Part shown: one piece after another, positions 13,301-27,067 of the stretch
Layout: the number at the start of each line of letters is the position of its first letter
How positions within the stretch are numbered: position 1 is the first letter of the stretch
From: Asterias rubens
Lineage: Eukaryota
NCBI RefSeq assembly: GCF_902459465.1
Contig: NC_047063.1
Span: 4,836,001-4,900,000 of the forward strand
Direction: 5' to 3'
DNA: 64,000 nucleotides
Notes under the pieces: model-generated
Databases searched by the model: none
The model's input: the letters and a program-made list of their open reading frames with translations, nothing else
What the model was told of the DNA's origin: nothing
Translations under genes and position numbers: made by a program

Positions 13301-14381
13301 TTGAAATTAAATTAAGAGAGTTTTGCGGTAACACATTATCTAGTTTGGGTAGTGTTCGTTCTGATAATAACCGATGGCTAACGACTCAGCGTTTCAATCA
13401 GTATTCTCTGGTCGTCTTCAGGAGGTACCCGTCTTTCACAAACAACACTGCTCAAAAAGAGATATTCATAATGATGTTACCGCAAACCTCTCTTAGTTAA
13501 ACTGACACCATGCACTGTTTGTAATCCAACTTAAAATGAAAATGGTCACAGGTTAGTTTTATGGTTTTATCATATATTTCCATTTATATATATAGGATTA
13601 AAACCATCGAACGGTGCCCCAAAAAGAGGTATACTTTGCTTTAAAATACAAACAAGGATCTCAGTTTGCTGCTGGACCCACATGAATGTGCAATAACGAT
13701 ATGCTATGATCTGATACAATCTCGGCCTCCGCTACCCGCCGTGGCATGAAGTGTCTCGCGCTCGGGTGATATTAATAGCGCAATATTTTTTTGACATTTC
13801 CGATCTTGTATAAACCGCCGAGTTAAGCGCATTGGTTGCAGATTTACAAAAGATAAAATAATACCATTTAGAATTCTCCGTTGGGTATTTTCCATGGCGG
13901 CGCAGAAAATCTGATATTTGACTTCGCTTGGCTGGACTCAGTTTGAAACGTTAATCATTTGTGCTGGGTGCCGAGCCATTCGTGTTGTTCAATTAGATAT
14001 TAAAGGCAGCTTGTGTTCAATACTTCAAAACTGATGATATGATGGAATTTATACTGGTACTTCGGAAAAATCAATCACTGCAAGATAATTGATAGGGAAA
14101 GGTGAAACCACAACCAGGAAAGAAAAATATATACAGGAAGTGTTTAAAGCTATTTATAATTAACGATACAGACAAAAACAAAACTAAACTATTATTATAT
14201 ACCCAACGCAGGAACAAAAAAACATCTATAAAAACATCTATAAAATAGCTAAAGGGACATTTCACGCAACAAGAAATATGATATATATTAAGACTGTTGT
14301 AAATCGCATGAATTTACAAATATAGAGTAACAGTTATAAAATTGATATGGATATGATTTTGTTTTGTTTTTACCAAAGGAC

Positions 14382-14536
14382 CTTGGGGTCGATTTCACAC
14401 AGAGTTAAGACTAGTCTTATCTTGAGTTAGGACGAGTTACTCATCCTAACTTAGGACTACGCATACACTTTGTATATCTCCTAGGACTAGTCCTAAGTTA
14501 GGACTAGTCTTAACTCTTTGTGAAATCGACCCCTGG
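14382..14536. mobile_element. Palindromic MITE (GGGGTCGATTTCACA TIR), superfamily unassigned
   Basis: ~32-bp TIR with internal taggactag/ctagtccta repeats. Confidence 0.85.
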
Positions 14537-15192
14537 AAATATATCTCAGTGAAATGTGATGCATTAGACATCGATGGAAGGTAAAACAATAATAGTTAGT
14601 CATAATCGATCTTTATGGCCCCGATGTAAGCATTTTTATGTTTTACATTTTATATTCTTTTTATATTTTAAATATCTCAATTAATTTAAGAACAAAAAAG
14701 GGTCAGAATCACCCCCCCCCCCCCCCGGTGATGGAAGGTTGCCTTCCTCCGTGAGCCTTTCAATTGAAACTGCATACTTAAGAGGGCCCACCAAGTTAAA
14801 TGTTTGTAGAGGGACGAGTGCAGTTGTACACCTTGTTTCTTTTTATGTATAGTAAACCTTTGAAAGATAGTGTTAGATGGTGGAGTGAAATAATATTCGT
14901 ACCCGCGTGCAAGCAAATCGTGAGATGATACCAAGTTTTACCACAAACACATTTGATTGAAGTCGATGCATGCATCATGAAAAAAGTTCTGTTCAAGGAC
15001 ATGCAAAGAGGAAAGTATGACCACCGAAACAAACTCAAAGTCACGAACGTGATTGATTTCGGTTGTGTTTTTTCAAAGGGGCGCCAAATGAAAATGAAAC
15101 ATTTTCTAATACTGTCATGATTTCAGGGCATGGTTCAGTATGTCTCTATACTTTGTTTCGGTTTGAATTGTAACTCGTTGCCTCATTGTTAA

Positions 15193-15582
15193 AGGCAGTG
15201 GACACTATTGCATGATTACTCAATATATTTATTCTCATAAAACCTTTCTTGATTACGAGTAATGGGGGAGAGGTTGATAGTATAAAACAATGTGAGAAAC
15301 AGCTCCCTCTGAAGTAACATAGTTTTCGAGAAAGAATTTTTTTTCCAAGAATTTGATTTCGAGACCTCAGATTTAGAATTTGAGATATCGAAATCAAGCA
15401 TCTGAAAGCATACAACTTTGTGTGGCCATGGTGCGACAAGGGTGTTTTTTTTCTTCTTTCATTAATATCTCGCAACTTCGACGACCGATTAAGCTCAAAT
15501 TTTCACAGGTGTGTTATTTTATGCATAGATACACCAACTGTGAAGACTAGTCTTTGACAATGACCAATAGTGTCCAGTGTCT
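15193..15582 (-). mobile_element. Kolobok MITE family 1, full length
   Basis: TTAA flanks at 15189 and 15583. Confidence 0.93.
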
Positions 15583-16008
15583 TTAAACATTCTTTCACAT
15601 CGTTGTCAGACTAAGCTTTCAATGTTTCCCTCAACTTCAGACAAGAAAAGTGCTACTTTCTCTTTGTTATCCTTTTAAAAAGGAAATTGAATTACATTTA
15701 TAGTCGCCGACCTTCGCATTTGGCTGGTGTATTTGCAACAATGGCGGCTGATGATGCTCTTGTTGGCTGAACATTCTGTTTTATATAATCGTCAGATTAA
15801 GCTTTAACAAAATTGTCCTGAGTTTAGACTGGATTAGTGTGAGATTCCTTTTGTTGGACGTTCTCGGTGAGAACACTAAACGTTCTTAATTTAAAAAAAA
15901 AAGTTTAATCAACCCGGACATTAGTGACAAAAATGGCTTAAACAATGTCATGTTGTCGTGGTTACCTTCCATCATATAACATCAACAAGGAAATTAAATC
16001 CACATGAA

Positions 16009-16135
16009 AGACACTATGGACACCTTTGATGGTCAAAACACAATGTTTAATATTATCAACAGCTCTCCATGGCCCGGAAAAGTGAGTTTTATTCTAACAA
16101 TTATTTTGAGTTGTTACCGATAGTGTTCAATGCCT
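16009..16135 (+). mobile_element. Kolobok MITE family 1, short deletion derivative
   Basis: Both degenerate ends are present with ~250 bp of the interior missing; TTAA on the right. Confidence 0.6.
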
Positions 16136-16518
16136 TTAAAATGACAACGTTGTATCAGCCCACCGTGTTGAAAATCATGTCACATATTGCAATGTATCCA
16201 ATCAGCTCAGTTCATCCATGCTTTTGCTTTGATTCCCTAATGCGATTAACTCACTCATAAACAGTTGCCTTTCACTTGAACTGATTTTGTTTTTCCGCCG
16301 ACGGAAAGAAAAAAAAAACATGTTCATAAATACATCTTCCCCTGAAAGACAACTATTGCCAAAGCGCAAATTGCTCTGGCTGTCTTGTCTGGTGAATAAT
16401 AAATAAATAAAAACAAATAAATAAATAAAAAACAGTTTTTGGAAAGTAGTACAGCCCCCCCCCTAAAAAAAAATAAAATCATAGTAATAATAAGAATGAT
16501 AAATTAATTTTGTTTTAA

Positions 16519-17020
16519 CCATTTAGCCACTGTACCGCCCAGCCGCATATAGCGATACACTGTATGCGGTACGAGGAAACCTCGCTAGCGTGTTTGTAGA
16601 AAAAAAGGAACATCAAAAGAAAACTCGATAGTCATTAGTAGGTCCACGCATTTGTAATTGTTTTATATCTAGTTGTTATAGATCGTTATTAATTCTCCCT
16701 TCACAGTTGACTTGTCGAAGCTAATGATGACGAAATAATTAGTATGAGCATTGAGCCAGACAAAAGACTTGAAAGCTATCATTTTATCCGTGCACAAAAA
16801 TATTCGCCATAAAAATTACCGTAGCCGTTTAACAAGAGGCATTTATTGTTCCCATGAGAACTTGTACTTTTATACAAATATTACCGAAAGGGTACAAAAT
16901 TGTGCATACACATTAAGCCGTGGCTATCTTTTAAAATTTGAACTACGATTCCAGTAATTAACTGCAAGAATCTTGAGAAATTGGATTTCAGCAAACTCGG
17001 GCGGTGCAGGGACTAAAGGG
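16519..17020. mobile_element. piggyBac-type non-autonomous element
   Basis: TTAA|CCATTTAGCCACTGTACCGCCC...GGGCGGTGCAGGGACTAAAGGG|TTAA; TTAA TSD with CC(C) termini. Confidence 0.8.
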
Positions 17021-18694
17021 TTAAGTACAAATCAACAAAAAGATCGAGAACAACGACTGCAACAACACCAAACAACAAATAAACACACGCCCCCCCCAAA
17101 AAAAAAAAAGCAAATAAATGTAAGACGAATGGTCTATCTTGAAAAGGAACGTCGTTGCGATCAAAACACAACACATTTTGTTGCAAGTATTTTCGGGCTG
17201 TCTTTGTAATATTTTCTGTACGATTGTGTACGAAAGTCATTTCAATCGTTACCTTGTGGTATTACCTATCATCTTTTGTGTTTCAAATCTTGGGTATGGT
17301 CGTTATTGCCTCTTAAAGCAAGTTCATCTTCCGTATTTCAGAAGCATTTTTTACTCGTTATGTGGCAATAATGTAACACACCGTCCCACACGTCTTTTTA
17401 ACTTGAAATATTATTGTTTAGTGTTGTGTTTCATAAGGTGTTTTTATTTGGAGGTGGGCGGGGGGCTCGTTCGGGTGTACGTTTGATTGTTTGTTATTAT
17501 TTGTTCTTCTTTTGTTTTGGGTGATTTTATGAATTCCTGATTTTGTTTTATTAGCTTTTGTCCCCCACTTCCATCCTTCCCTATCCTTCGTCCTGCCCAC
17601 CTTTTCCAGCACGACTCAACCACAAAACCAAAATCCAATATGCACAAACGATATCAATTTCAGCACATTAAGGGACACGATAAGCCCACTCATGTGAATC
17701 TCGTCTGTGTGTATCTCTAATCGATAATCTGCGGCAAGATCTCCCACAAGGGAGCCACCGGATTGCTTATTCCCCAGACCCCCTCAAGTCTGGGTGTGTG
17801 ACCGGCAATATTTTGTATGCAATTAAAAATTGTATGCGGGGGGCACATTAGGTAAAGGTTAAATGCATGGGCATGGAAGGGGGAACAAACACTTATTGCT
17901 TGGACAAAACTAATCTGTGTTGTTTTGTTTTGCCGAGCTTTGAACATCAGGGCCCTATTTCGTAGAGCTGTTGAAGCACATAAAGTAGCTTTAAAAAAAA
18001 CGTAGACCTTTGTAATACTGTTTACTGGTAGTTCTACTGTTTGTTTCTTTGCGACTGTACAGTGTGATGAGATAAGTGTTTGTGCAGCACACAAAAACAA
18101 CAGATGACAAGATTTATAGATTAGTTCAGATTATATTATTGGGTTAGATCTCCTTTCCAATATGTTTGCACGACATAGTACATGTAACGCTTTCATGTTT
18201 TACCTCTCGGGTAAATATATTAAAACTTGTCTGCACTCTTCGCTAGAATAAACAGCTTTTTATGCTTCTTAGTCTAACCTCAATATTTAAGTCCCTCTCG
18301 AAATTGCGAAATTGGATTTGTAACATTTTACTTTCTGAGCGTCCATGTAGTGTAATAGACACCCCCTGTTAGAAGATTTGTTTGAGTGTCGCGACTCTAA
18401 GACACGTTATGACGTCTCAACCAAATTACTACAAGTGCCAAGTCGCCATCGGCGCCCATATTGTGTCTGAATATCTATTGTATTTGTTATTTCAATGTCG
18501 ACTTTGCACAGGTCTGTGAGTTGTATTGGCTAGTGAACATTAATAAGTTTTTTTTCTTGCATAGTGATACCATAAGTACAACCAAAATTCGTGAATTGTA
18601 CTCGCGTCTAAATAAATATATCCCACCAACTATATAAATGTCAACTTAAATACTTTAACAAACCCGCGTACTATTAATACCATAAATCAGACGA

Positions 18695-18953
18695 GTGTGC
18701 GGCAACATAATGTAGCCCGAGCCCTAAATGTAGCCTGACCTAGGTCCGGGCTACATTTAGGTACATGTTTGAGGCTATATTTAGGTCCGGGCTACTTTTA
18801 GGTACATGTTTGGGGCTACATTTAGGTCCGGGCTACATTGAGGTACATGTTTGGGGCTACATTTAGGTCCGGGCTACATTTAGGTACATGTTTGGGGCTA
18901 CATTTAGGTCCAGGCTACATTTAGGGCTCGGGCTACATTATGGTGCCGCACAC
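18695..18953. mobile_element. Foldback-like MITE with an internal 41-bp tandem array
   Basis: TIR GTGTGCGGCA.CATAATGTAGCCCGAGCCCTAAATGTAGCC; interior is ~4 copies of gggctacatttaggtacatgtttggggctacatttaggtcc. Confidence 0.8.
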
Positions 18954-19124
18954 CATAAGACGGCCATTTTATCGACGAATATGGTTGACAACACACCACT
19001 AGTGTCTCATTGACGTGGCACGCCGATACCATGGCGAATCTTTGTTCTACTTTACGTGACTAGGCCAAAGTCACCAACGTCTTGAAAGCAAACGTGCCAA
19101 TCCTTTTCATGTTTTTTTCCGGCA

Positions 19125-19236
19125 TAATATAAATCCATATCAAGCAGGCACAAAACGAGTTTCTCCTATCCTCTTGGCCGTAATATAAATCCATATCAAG
19201 CAGGCACAAAACGAGTTTCTCCTATCCTCTTGGCCG
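19125..19236. repeat. Perfect 2 x 56-bp tandem duplication
   Basis: taatataaatcc...ctcttggccg repeated exactly. Confidence 0.95.
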
Positions 19237-19759
19237 TCCTTGGTTGTTTCTATTTTATCCTTTGTCCGCTATTTGCCAAGGTTAAAACAAGTAATTCAGT
19301 TAGCGGTTTATTTTTAGTCCGGTTTGTTGTTTCTGGCTCAGTGGATTGTCTTATTTTGATCCTGAGTGTGTGATCTTGACCGTTGTGTTATGAAACCGCT
19401 GTGTTTCAGATCGTGAAGATATTATTTCGCTGTTAAGTGCAGCCATTTCAAATTGAGTTGATTTGTGTCGGTGGTGTAGATCTTACAATGCTTACAAATT
19501 TCTTACGAACAACACTCCTCTCTTAGATTTAGGTTTAGTTCATGGTGTTTGGCTTCGTTGTGTTATACGAGGCGAGGGTCAAGTAATTTGTGTTGGCTGC
19601 CGAACACAATCTCGAGAATTCTTTATTTTGTTGCTCTTTTGGTTTCTTTTCAAAGTGGGGCGGTTTGGCTAATAATAATATCGCATAATGCATAATCGTC
19701 ACCTATGTAACGCCCCACGCGCTGTAACATACGGTATTTCCTAATGTGATGTGGGACTA

Positions 19760-19980
19760 CGTTTGAATTATGAGACCTACTCCTTTCGCACTTGGTTCCT
19801 TTACGTGCGTTACACAACACACATCACCAACGGCTTTACGTCCCATCCGAAGGACGAAGCAATGGTTAAGTGTATCTCTTAATTGGGGATACAGGTGTCA
19901 TGATTGGGACTTGAACCCACACTGCTGATCAGAAACACCGGAGCTTGAGTCCGGTGCGCTTAACTGCTTGGTCATGACAT
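19760..19980 (-). mobile_element. tRNA-Leu(CAA)-like SINE with a Deu/Nin-type central domain
   Basis: Minus strand carries stem ccgga-CTCAAGC-tccgg, a long variable arm and B box GGGTTCAAGTCCC, then ggatgggacgtaaagccgttggt...gcacgtaaa, resembling the Deu/Nin SINE domain. Confidence 0.75.
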
Positions 19981-20702
19981 GGTTTGTCGTTGAGCCTTGG
20001 GGGACGTTTCTCTAAAAGTTAAATTTGATCCACTGCTCCGATCATCATATACCTTACCCAACCAGTTACATGAAGATACACCTAGCAGGCTAATCGAACG
20101 ATTGACAGAAAATAATAATTCGACTCGTCTCTTAGCCCCCACTTCTTCCCCAAAGAAAATGTTACGTCATTGAACCGGCAGGATTTTACACAATCAATAG
20201 TTAGCTCCCATGACAATCACAAATCTTCAAGTCCCTTGAAGTGTTCAGACTGAAAGGTGAATATGCCTTTACCTATTGATACCTTTAAACTCGAAATGAA
20301 AACCTGGTTCCCTAAGGCAAAATTTCGTTGAGACCCAATAAGCTTGCTGAAGGCATTAAGTGTCATATGACGTGACGGATGAGAAAATTATTTGTGGGAG
20401 AATAACGGCCATGTCATTCTTCTTCTTCTTATACCAATTCTTCTTTTTAATAATACTAGTAATAGTAATAATAGTAATATAGATTTTGTGGCGCACTTAT
20501 CTGTTTTCTGTTTCTTCTTTTCTTTTGTTTTTAGTTTTTGGGGAATTGTTTTTAAGTAAGCCTTTGCTTATTGCAATTGGAAATCGAAACAGGCAATCTA
20601 ACCGTGCTTTGATTGGTCTACTGATGCTATTTCCTCGATTTTAAATCGATCAAGTTAACAACAGATTTTTTTAATTTTTATTTTCTTGATTTTCCTTTAT
20701 AA

Positions 20703-20900
20703 AGGCAGTGTATAACTTGACGTAATTTAATGTCAAACCCAAAATATCCTCACTTGGTTTATCCTCAATTGGTAATATTGAAGTTGCAAGGAAAAGATGA
20801 AAGAATTAAATACCCTTGTTGCATAAAAACTGTGTGCATTCAAACTAAATTTCTACAAAGGTAGCCGTTTCTTACATTGTTTATAATATCAACATCTCTC
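20703..20900 (+). mobile_element. Kolobok MITE family 1, highly degenerate fragment
   Basis: AGGCAGTG start, gaagttgcaag, cccttgttgca and gccgtttct motifs. Confidence 0.5.
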
Positions 20901-20924
20901 TAGTTTAATTTGTATGGTCATTAG

Positions 20925-21302
20925 AGGCAGTGGACACTATTGGTAATTACTCCAAATAATTATTAGCATAAAACCTTTCTTGGTGACGAGTAATGGGGAG
21001 AGGTTGGTAGTATAAAACATTGTGAGAAACGGCTCCCTCTGAAGTGGAGCAGTTTTCGAGAAAGAAGTAATTTTCTACGAATTTGATTTCGGGACCTCAG
21101 ACTAAACCTTGAGGTCTCGAAATCAACCATCTTAACGCACATAACTTCGTGTTACAATGGTGTTTTTTTCTTTCACTATTATCTCGCAAGTTCGACGACC
21201 GATTGAGCTCAAATTTTCACAGGTTTGGCATTTTATGCATATGTTGAGATACACCAACTGTGAAGGCTAGTCTTTGACAATTACCAATAGTGACCACTGC
21301 CC
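20925..21302 (-). mobile_element. Kolobok MITE family 1, full length
   Basis: 378 bp; TIRs; TTAG/TTAA flanks. Confidence 0.93.
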
Positions 21303-22219
21303 TTAAGATTTTGAGTAATTACCAGGAGGTATCCCTTAAAAAAGAGCATCCGGCTTTCTTATCCAGAGGTTTGCACAAAGTGCAGTATAGTGCACCCGGT
21401 CTCGTTATACTGAAAGCAGAGGCACTTTGATACTTTGTAATTCATATTGCACTTTTTTTCCTTTGTATAAGATCAAAGTGGACAACACCCAGTGAAATTG
21501 TCTTCTCTTTTACGCAATCATCTTTCGCGACTTCAATTTTCCCAACGTATATACTTAAAGACATTCTGAATCCACTATCAAAATAGGAAGGAACAAAAAA
21601 AGAAGAAACTTATATCCAATTCATCTTGAGTTATTCTCGTGTTACATCGCGCTTGAATGAACAAGACAGAATGACTCGTTCATTTGCCATTGTATTGTAA
21701 TGCAACCCAGCACACAGCCTGCAGGCTCGTTGGCGAGAGAAGAGAAAAATGTACAAATAAAAAATAAATCCTAAGTCTGGCGTTTTGTCTAAACGATGAA
21801 GAGCGTGAATAACCGTTGCCTTGGTAACTGGTAAAGCGTAATCACTACGTTGAGACAATCTCTTTGTGTTATTTTTTTACTGCACTACCTCTGTTACGTC
21901 TATCAGATTTGCCTGGCAATCATGCACACATGGTGATCAGAAATAGCATATAGAAAGGCAAGGAGCTTGCAATAGACCTATATTTACAATCCCTTAACAA
22001 GAGCTTTGTTTTTTAGACGTGTATCTTGTCGCCAAGGCAATGATGCATGCATTGGCCAGGGTAGACTTATGGCTCTTGGATTGGTGTAGTTCTGTTGTGT
22101 CTTTCGTTGTATTTTGATTATTGTAGTGTACAAACATCCCGTTCAGAAATGAACGGTGTATGGTCCCGTGGGACCTGATCTATTTGTGAGTCAGTTTGAC
22201 CCGGATTCTACGTCATTAA

Positions 22220-22594
22220 AGACACTGGACACTAATGGTAATTGTCAAAGATCAGTCTTCTCACTTGGTGTATCTCAACATATGCATAAAAAAAAAAATG
22301 TGAAAATTTGAGCTCAATCGGTCGTCGAAGTTGCGAGATAACAATAATAGAAGAAAAACCCTTGTCACACGAAGTTGTGTGCGTTCAGATGGTTGATTTC
22401 GAGACCTCAAGTTCGAAATCTGAGGTCTCGAAATCAAATTGGTGGAAAATTACTTCATTCTTGAAAACTACTCCACTTCAGAAGGAGCCGTTTCTCACAA
22501 TGTTTTATACTACCAACCTCTCCCCATTACTCGTACCAAGTAAGGTTTTATGCTGATAAATATTTTGAGTAATTACCAAAAGTGTCCACTGCCT
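22220..22594 (+). mobile_element. Kolobok MITE family 1, full length
   Basis: TTAA flanks at 22216 and 22595. Confidence 0.92.
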
Positions 22595-23705
22595 TTAAAG
22601 ATCACGTATACAGGGAGAGAAAGCAAAGACATAGATGAGGAGCAAGTAATGAATTACAAACAAAACTTTGGCAGCGTATTTACTAATAGTGTCCAGTGCC
22701 TTTCAGACCCAGAAAATTGGTGTAAGAATTAGCAACACCGGAGCTTAAGTCGTAATGTAACCACTTTCCGGGTCAGCCTTAATCGGATATGGGTCAGTGG
22801 CTCCTGACCGGGAGAGTGTAGAAATAGATCCAAATTCTCTCAGTGATGGGTTGGGGCGTTAAGCACTGAACACATTTGCGGGGTGTTTCTAAAATAACAA
22901 ACAATCATTTATTGCCAAGTGAAACACAGGTAAACAAGATTTGTTGAACATATGTGACCACTTTCTGGGTCAGTCTCACCCATACATGGGTCAGGGCCTC
23001 CCTGGTGCCCGGAACCCGTGCTAATTCTGAACCAGGAGTTTATTATGTGAAAGAACTTCAAACTCTCTCAATGATGTCGTGAATATATTATGTAACGACA
23101 GTACACACGGTGAACTGTTTCTTTATAGTACTTAAACAAAACACTAGTTGTATTCACTCTTATTAATAGTCTAAAAGTCACTGTATTTCGAGACGGGAGT
23201 GAATGCCACTGAGTTGTTGACACCCCTTCGCTTGACCCATACTCCGAGAAATGTAACAGCAAAACCTGTTAGACACCATTACCGTCTCCTGAATTGTAAA
23301 CACGAAGTTAAGGCGAATACAACGTCGTATCCAACCAGCAAACACATCCATAATGTCCAACAAAAGTAAGAGACGACTGACCTATACAGCCGATGGAAGT
23401 AACGGATGGACTCTTTGATCAGGCAGCTCTGTGCTAATTTACATTGCTGTTTATAGAGATCTGCTCCCCATCATAATACATTAGAGTGAACCATGACTGT
23501 GGCAGGTAGGGAATACCAATGTGAAAGTGTGTTGAGAGTGCTAGTGTGAATGCCAGCACGTCAAGTGTACTCCAGTCCAAGACGGTGTCAGTTGAATTGA
23601 GTTTGAATGATTAATTTAGGTTGTGTGGATAATGGAAGCGGCATACTGCTGTCGGTGTTCTGGTGTTGTTTAGTAGGCTGTTCAAGAGGTGTACAGGACG
23701 TACAT

Positions 23706-23745
23706 GACGTAAAGCCGTTGGTCCCGCGCGTTGTGCAATGCATGT
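23706..23745 (+). mobile_element. Short fragment of the same SINE core
   Basis: gacgtaaagccgttggtccc. Confidence 0.5.
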
Positions 23746-25733
23746 ATCACTATAGGGAGGATTAGACGCACGTTACGTGAGCAATGTGAACGTGAACGTC
23801 AGAAAAATGTGTCTTAAAAACTCACGTTTTTAGCGTACACGCGTGCTTTTTTCCATTGGTTGACATCAAAAATGGTGTTCAATGACGTCATATGCAATTC
23901 ATCTATTGGCTCCTAAAAGTGACTACTTAACGTGCGCTCAGTACACGCGTATCAAAATGCAAGTCTTTTGCCGCGATAAGTTCCAAATAAATTATGCTTT
24001 TGTATGACGTCACCTTTAAATGCATTGCGTTAGACATATCACAAGATCAAAGAAGATAAAGAGGGGACCATCTTGAGCGAAGAGTGGATCGGGCGCATAC
24101 CTTATTAAAATGTGCCGAATTCTGGCATATATGAACCAATTCCAGGGGGTTATGAGCGAGCAAGGCATGCTGTGATATCGCCCACTCATAGGAACGAGGT
24201 TGAGGTAGTGGGGGAAGCCTGATAGTTGGGATCGTTTTCTCGGTTTGGTTAAACGTAACGAGAATCTTGTTGTATCTCACCAACGGGTGTTCCTTAATCG
24301 TGTACAGAATTCAATAATCATAAACCACATCTATGAGTAGAATCTGAGACTCCACAACAGACAAGTCACGCAACCCCAGTACACCGTGATCAATACCGAC
24401 TTCATAAAGCGCTCTACTAAAATTGCCTTATACCTTTACATCAAACGAGTATTCTAATAAACCAGTGTTCAAGCTAGTTATTGCACTATAGTTTTTGGGT
24501 AAAGAAATCGAACCGTAAGGTTTAACCAAGTTCATTAACTCTCCCCACGGTCCAAATTGAATCAAATAGTCTGTCTGGTCTTACAAAGCATGAATTGCGG
24601 ACGAACGCTCGGAAACAGACGGGTTGTTGTCCACCAGCAGTGCGGCCAACCCGTCTGGCCCCCTACCACTAGACTCCCGTGGCACTCGCTGTATAAACAT
24701 GCGTTTCACACGATGGGTATTCTACTCCCATACTATTGCAATATTGTCATACGAACGTTTGTACAGAGCTTGTCTGGATATTAAAAAAGCCTTCTGAATT
24801 CGTGAGGAGAAGGGGATACGTACGTCGGGAGAGATTGAAGACTGTTGACTTTTTGATTAAAATAGGCTGACTGCTACTCACTTCGCTGTTTAACAAAAGG
24901 TAACGGTGTATGCTGCCAAGTCTTGTGAGACCTACCGTGTTTTACTGCAATTTGAGAAGCACGGTGACTGAGCGCGTGAAATAACATCAAAGAGCCCTAC
25001 AGATAGACTGAACGTTGGCGTGATTAGATTTTAAGCAAAAAGACAAATAGACAGAATGGATTGTGCGCCAGTTTCTAAAAGTCGTGACTCACTAATGCCC
25101 TAGACATAAATTCCCCACACAAAGTGGACTTGTTTTCTTTCACAATGATTGTGACAATATGAACTGATTTCATATATGACGAACTAGGACGAGCCAGACG
25201 TGTGAAAACAGTTTTGTATACTAGCACGGGACAATCGTTACCCGATGAGAGAGGGCCCGAGCCATTATGAACAGTAAGCAACTAACCTTGTTGTGATCGG
25301 TACCCTGGTAATTTATGCTTAGCGAACAGATATAACAACATATCTGCTGAACAATTTTAAAATTGTCCCAATGGTTAATGTACTGCAAGGCTGCCTATTA
25401 GCTTACTATTGTTTACTCTCCTTCATCACAAAAATAAATGTGTGATTATGGAAACATGACATTGTTATTATTCATATGCGTCCAAATCAAAACAACTGCA
25501 AGTTATTAGGGCACTGTGGACCATCCGCCCGCAGGTAATAATTAATAGGCAGGACAGTTCTTTTCAGAACTGAGAAGGCTCCCGAACAGCCGAACAATCT
25601 AACACCGCGGTAGTAGAATAAAGCAAGACAGTTCTCGAAGAACAAACTCCACCTGGCAAGTAGGTACACACATGGTGTTACCGCAAACCAAATATATTGA
25701 TACCTCACCACATGCAATGCCTCAAATCCTATA

Positions 25734-25905
25734 TAGGCACCGGACACGTTTGGTAATTGTTTTGTCAAATACAAGTATCCTCACTTTGTGTATCCTAATA
25801 TAACATGCATCAAATAACAAACCTGAGAACATTTGGGCTCATTTTGTCATCGAATTAGCGCAAGGGAATAATGAAATAAAAACACACCCGTTGCCTCAGA
25901 TGAAG
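25734..25905 (+). mobile_element. Kolobok MITE family 1, left-arm fragment
   Basis: aggcaccggacacgtttggtaattg...aaataacaaacctg...gtcatcgaa. Confidence 0.55.
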
Positions 25906-26686
25906 TCTTTGATGACGCCCTTATGCACCCATTGATACACTTGTTACACCCCTTTAAATTTAGCTATAATGAAGACAGATCCTACAATTCATGGAAGCAG
26001 CTTCAAATAATGTGTGAGTGTCTTCACAGACAGGAAGCGCTTGTTCAGCTGGAATTGATGTAGACCTGCAGAATATTTTAAACTGTAATAGTCCTCATTT
26101 TATAAGGAACTATATCTTGTCGCTCTTGACACCTGTCACTGTTTGAGACGGTTTGTGATACGTGGTCGGGTTGTCTTTCCAGCGCTGTATAATTGTTATT
26201 AGCATTGACTGTCATTGCCATGCTACTGTGGTTAGTTACTCTGTTGGTTGTTATTAGTTTGTAATCGTTCAGTCATCAAAAAATTATTAATGCTTCATAT
26301 GGCACACAAAACTGTTGTCTAAAAGTAATTGCATAAAAGTCGTTATGAAATACAATTAAGTGAGGTTTTCAGTAGCACCATGTAAAAATCTCTGTAAAGA
26401 AGTGTTGGTGGTGAAAAGAACCGGTGGTTGACAAACCTAATTTATTTTTAAAAGTTAAAAACACGCAAAATATAAATAGTCCGGTGAGTGGGTACTGTTG
26501 CAGATGCAATCGTAAGATTCGACTATCAACCATAGCGAAATCGTGAGGGATTTTCACAATTACCGAAAGCAATGAGACCTGGCCGACTGCTCCACTCGAA
26601 AACGATACCAAAGTTTAGTCTGAAGCTAATCACAGATTTGCTGCTCGCACGGAGATTCTTGATTGCTTTTAAGGGCGCCATTTTAA

Positions 26687-27067
26687 AGGCAGTTGCCACT
26701 ATTAGTAGTACTACTCAAAATAGTTTTTAGCATAAAAACTTACTTGTAACAAGCAATGGAGAACCGTTGATAGTAAAACAAAATGTGAGAAACGGCTCCC
26801 TCTAAAGAAACACAGTTTTCAAGAAAGAAGTACTTTTACCTGAATTTTATTTTGAGACCTCAGAATTAGATTGTGAGGCCCCGAAAATCAAGCATCTGAA
26901 AGCACACAACTTCGTAGGACAAGAGTGTTTTTTCTTCCATTATTATATAGCAACTTCGACGACCAATTGAGCTCAAATTTTCACAGGTTTGTTATTTTGT
27001 ACATATGTTGAGATACCCCAAGTGAGAAGACTGGTCTTTGACAATTTACAAATAGTGTCCACTGTCT
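26687..27067 (-). mobile_element. Kolobok MITE family 1
   Basis: Reverse copy with both TIRs; TTAA on the left. Confidence 0.88.

Noticed and set aside
13108-13500. 130-aa ORF
   Set aside because: The first half lies in a family 2 MITE and the rest has no protein features.
18730-18915. CRISPR-like periodicity
   Set aside because: The units are contiguous repeats with no unique spacers, sit inside TIRs, and no cas genes are present in this eukaryotic DNA.
19895-19980. Functional tRNA-Leu gene
   Set aside because: The A box and acceptor stem are decayed and the sequence continues into a SINE body.
23060-23420. Coding-looking stretch with scattered stops
   Set aside because: No identifiable homology, splice structure or long frame.
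23760-24019. A fifth Kolobok family ending GACGTCACCT|TTAA, related to ~39370-39630
   Set aside because: The loci share TGACGT-rich blocks in different order, so the termini cannot be defined. Probably related repeats, but the assignment is unsupported.
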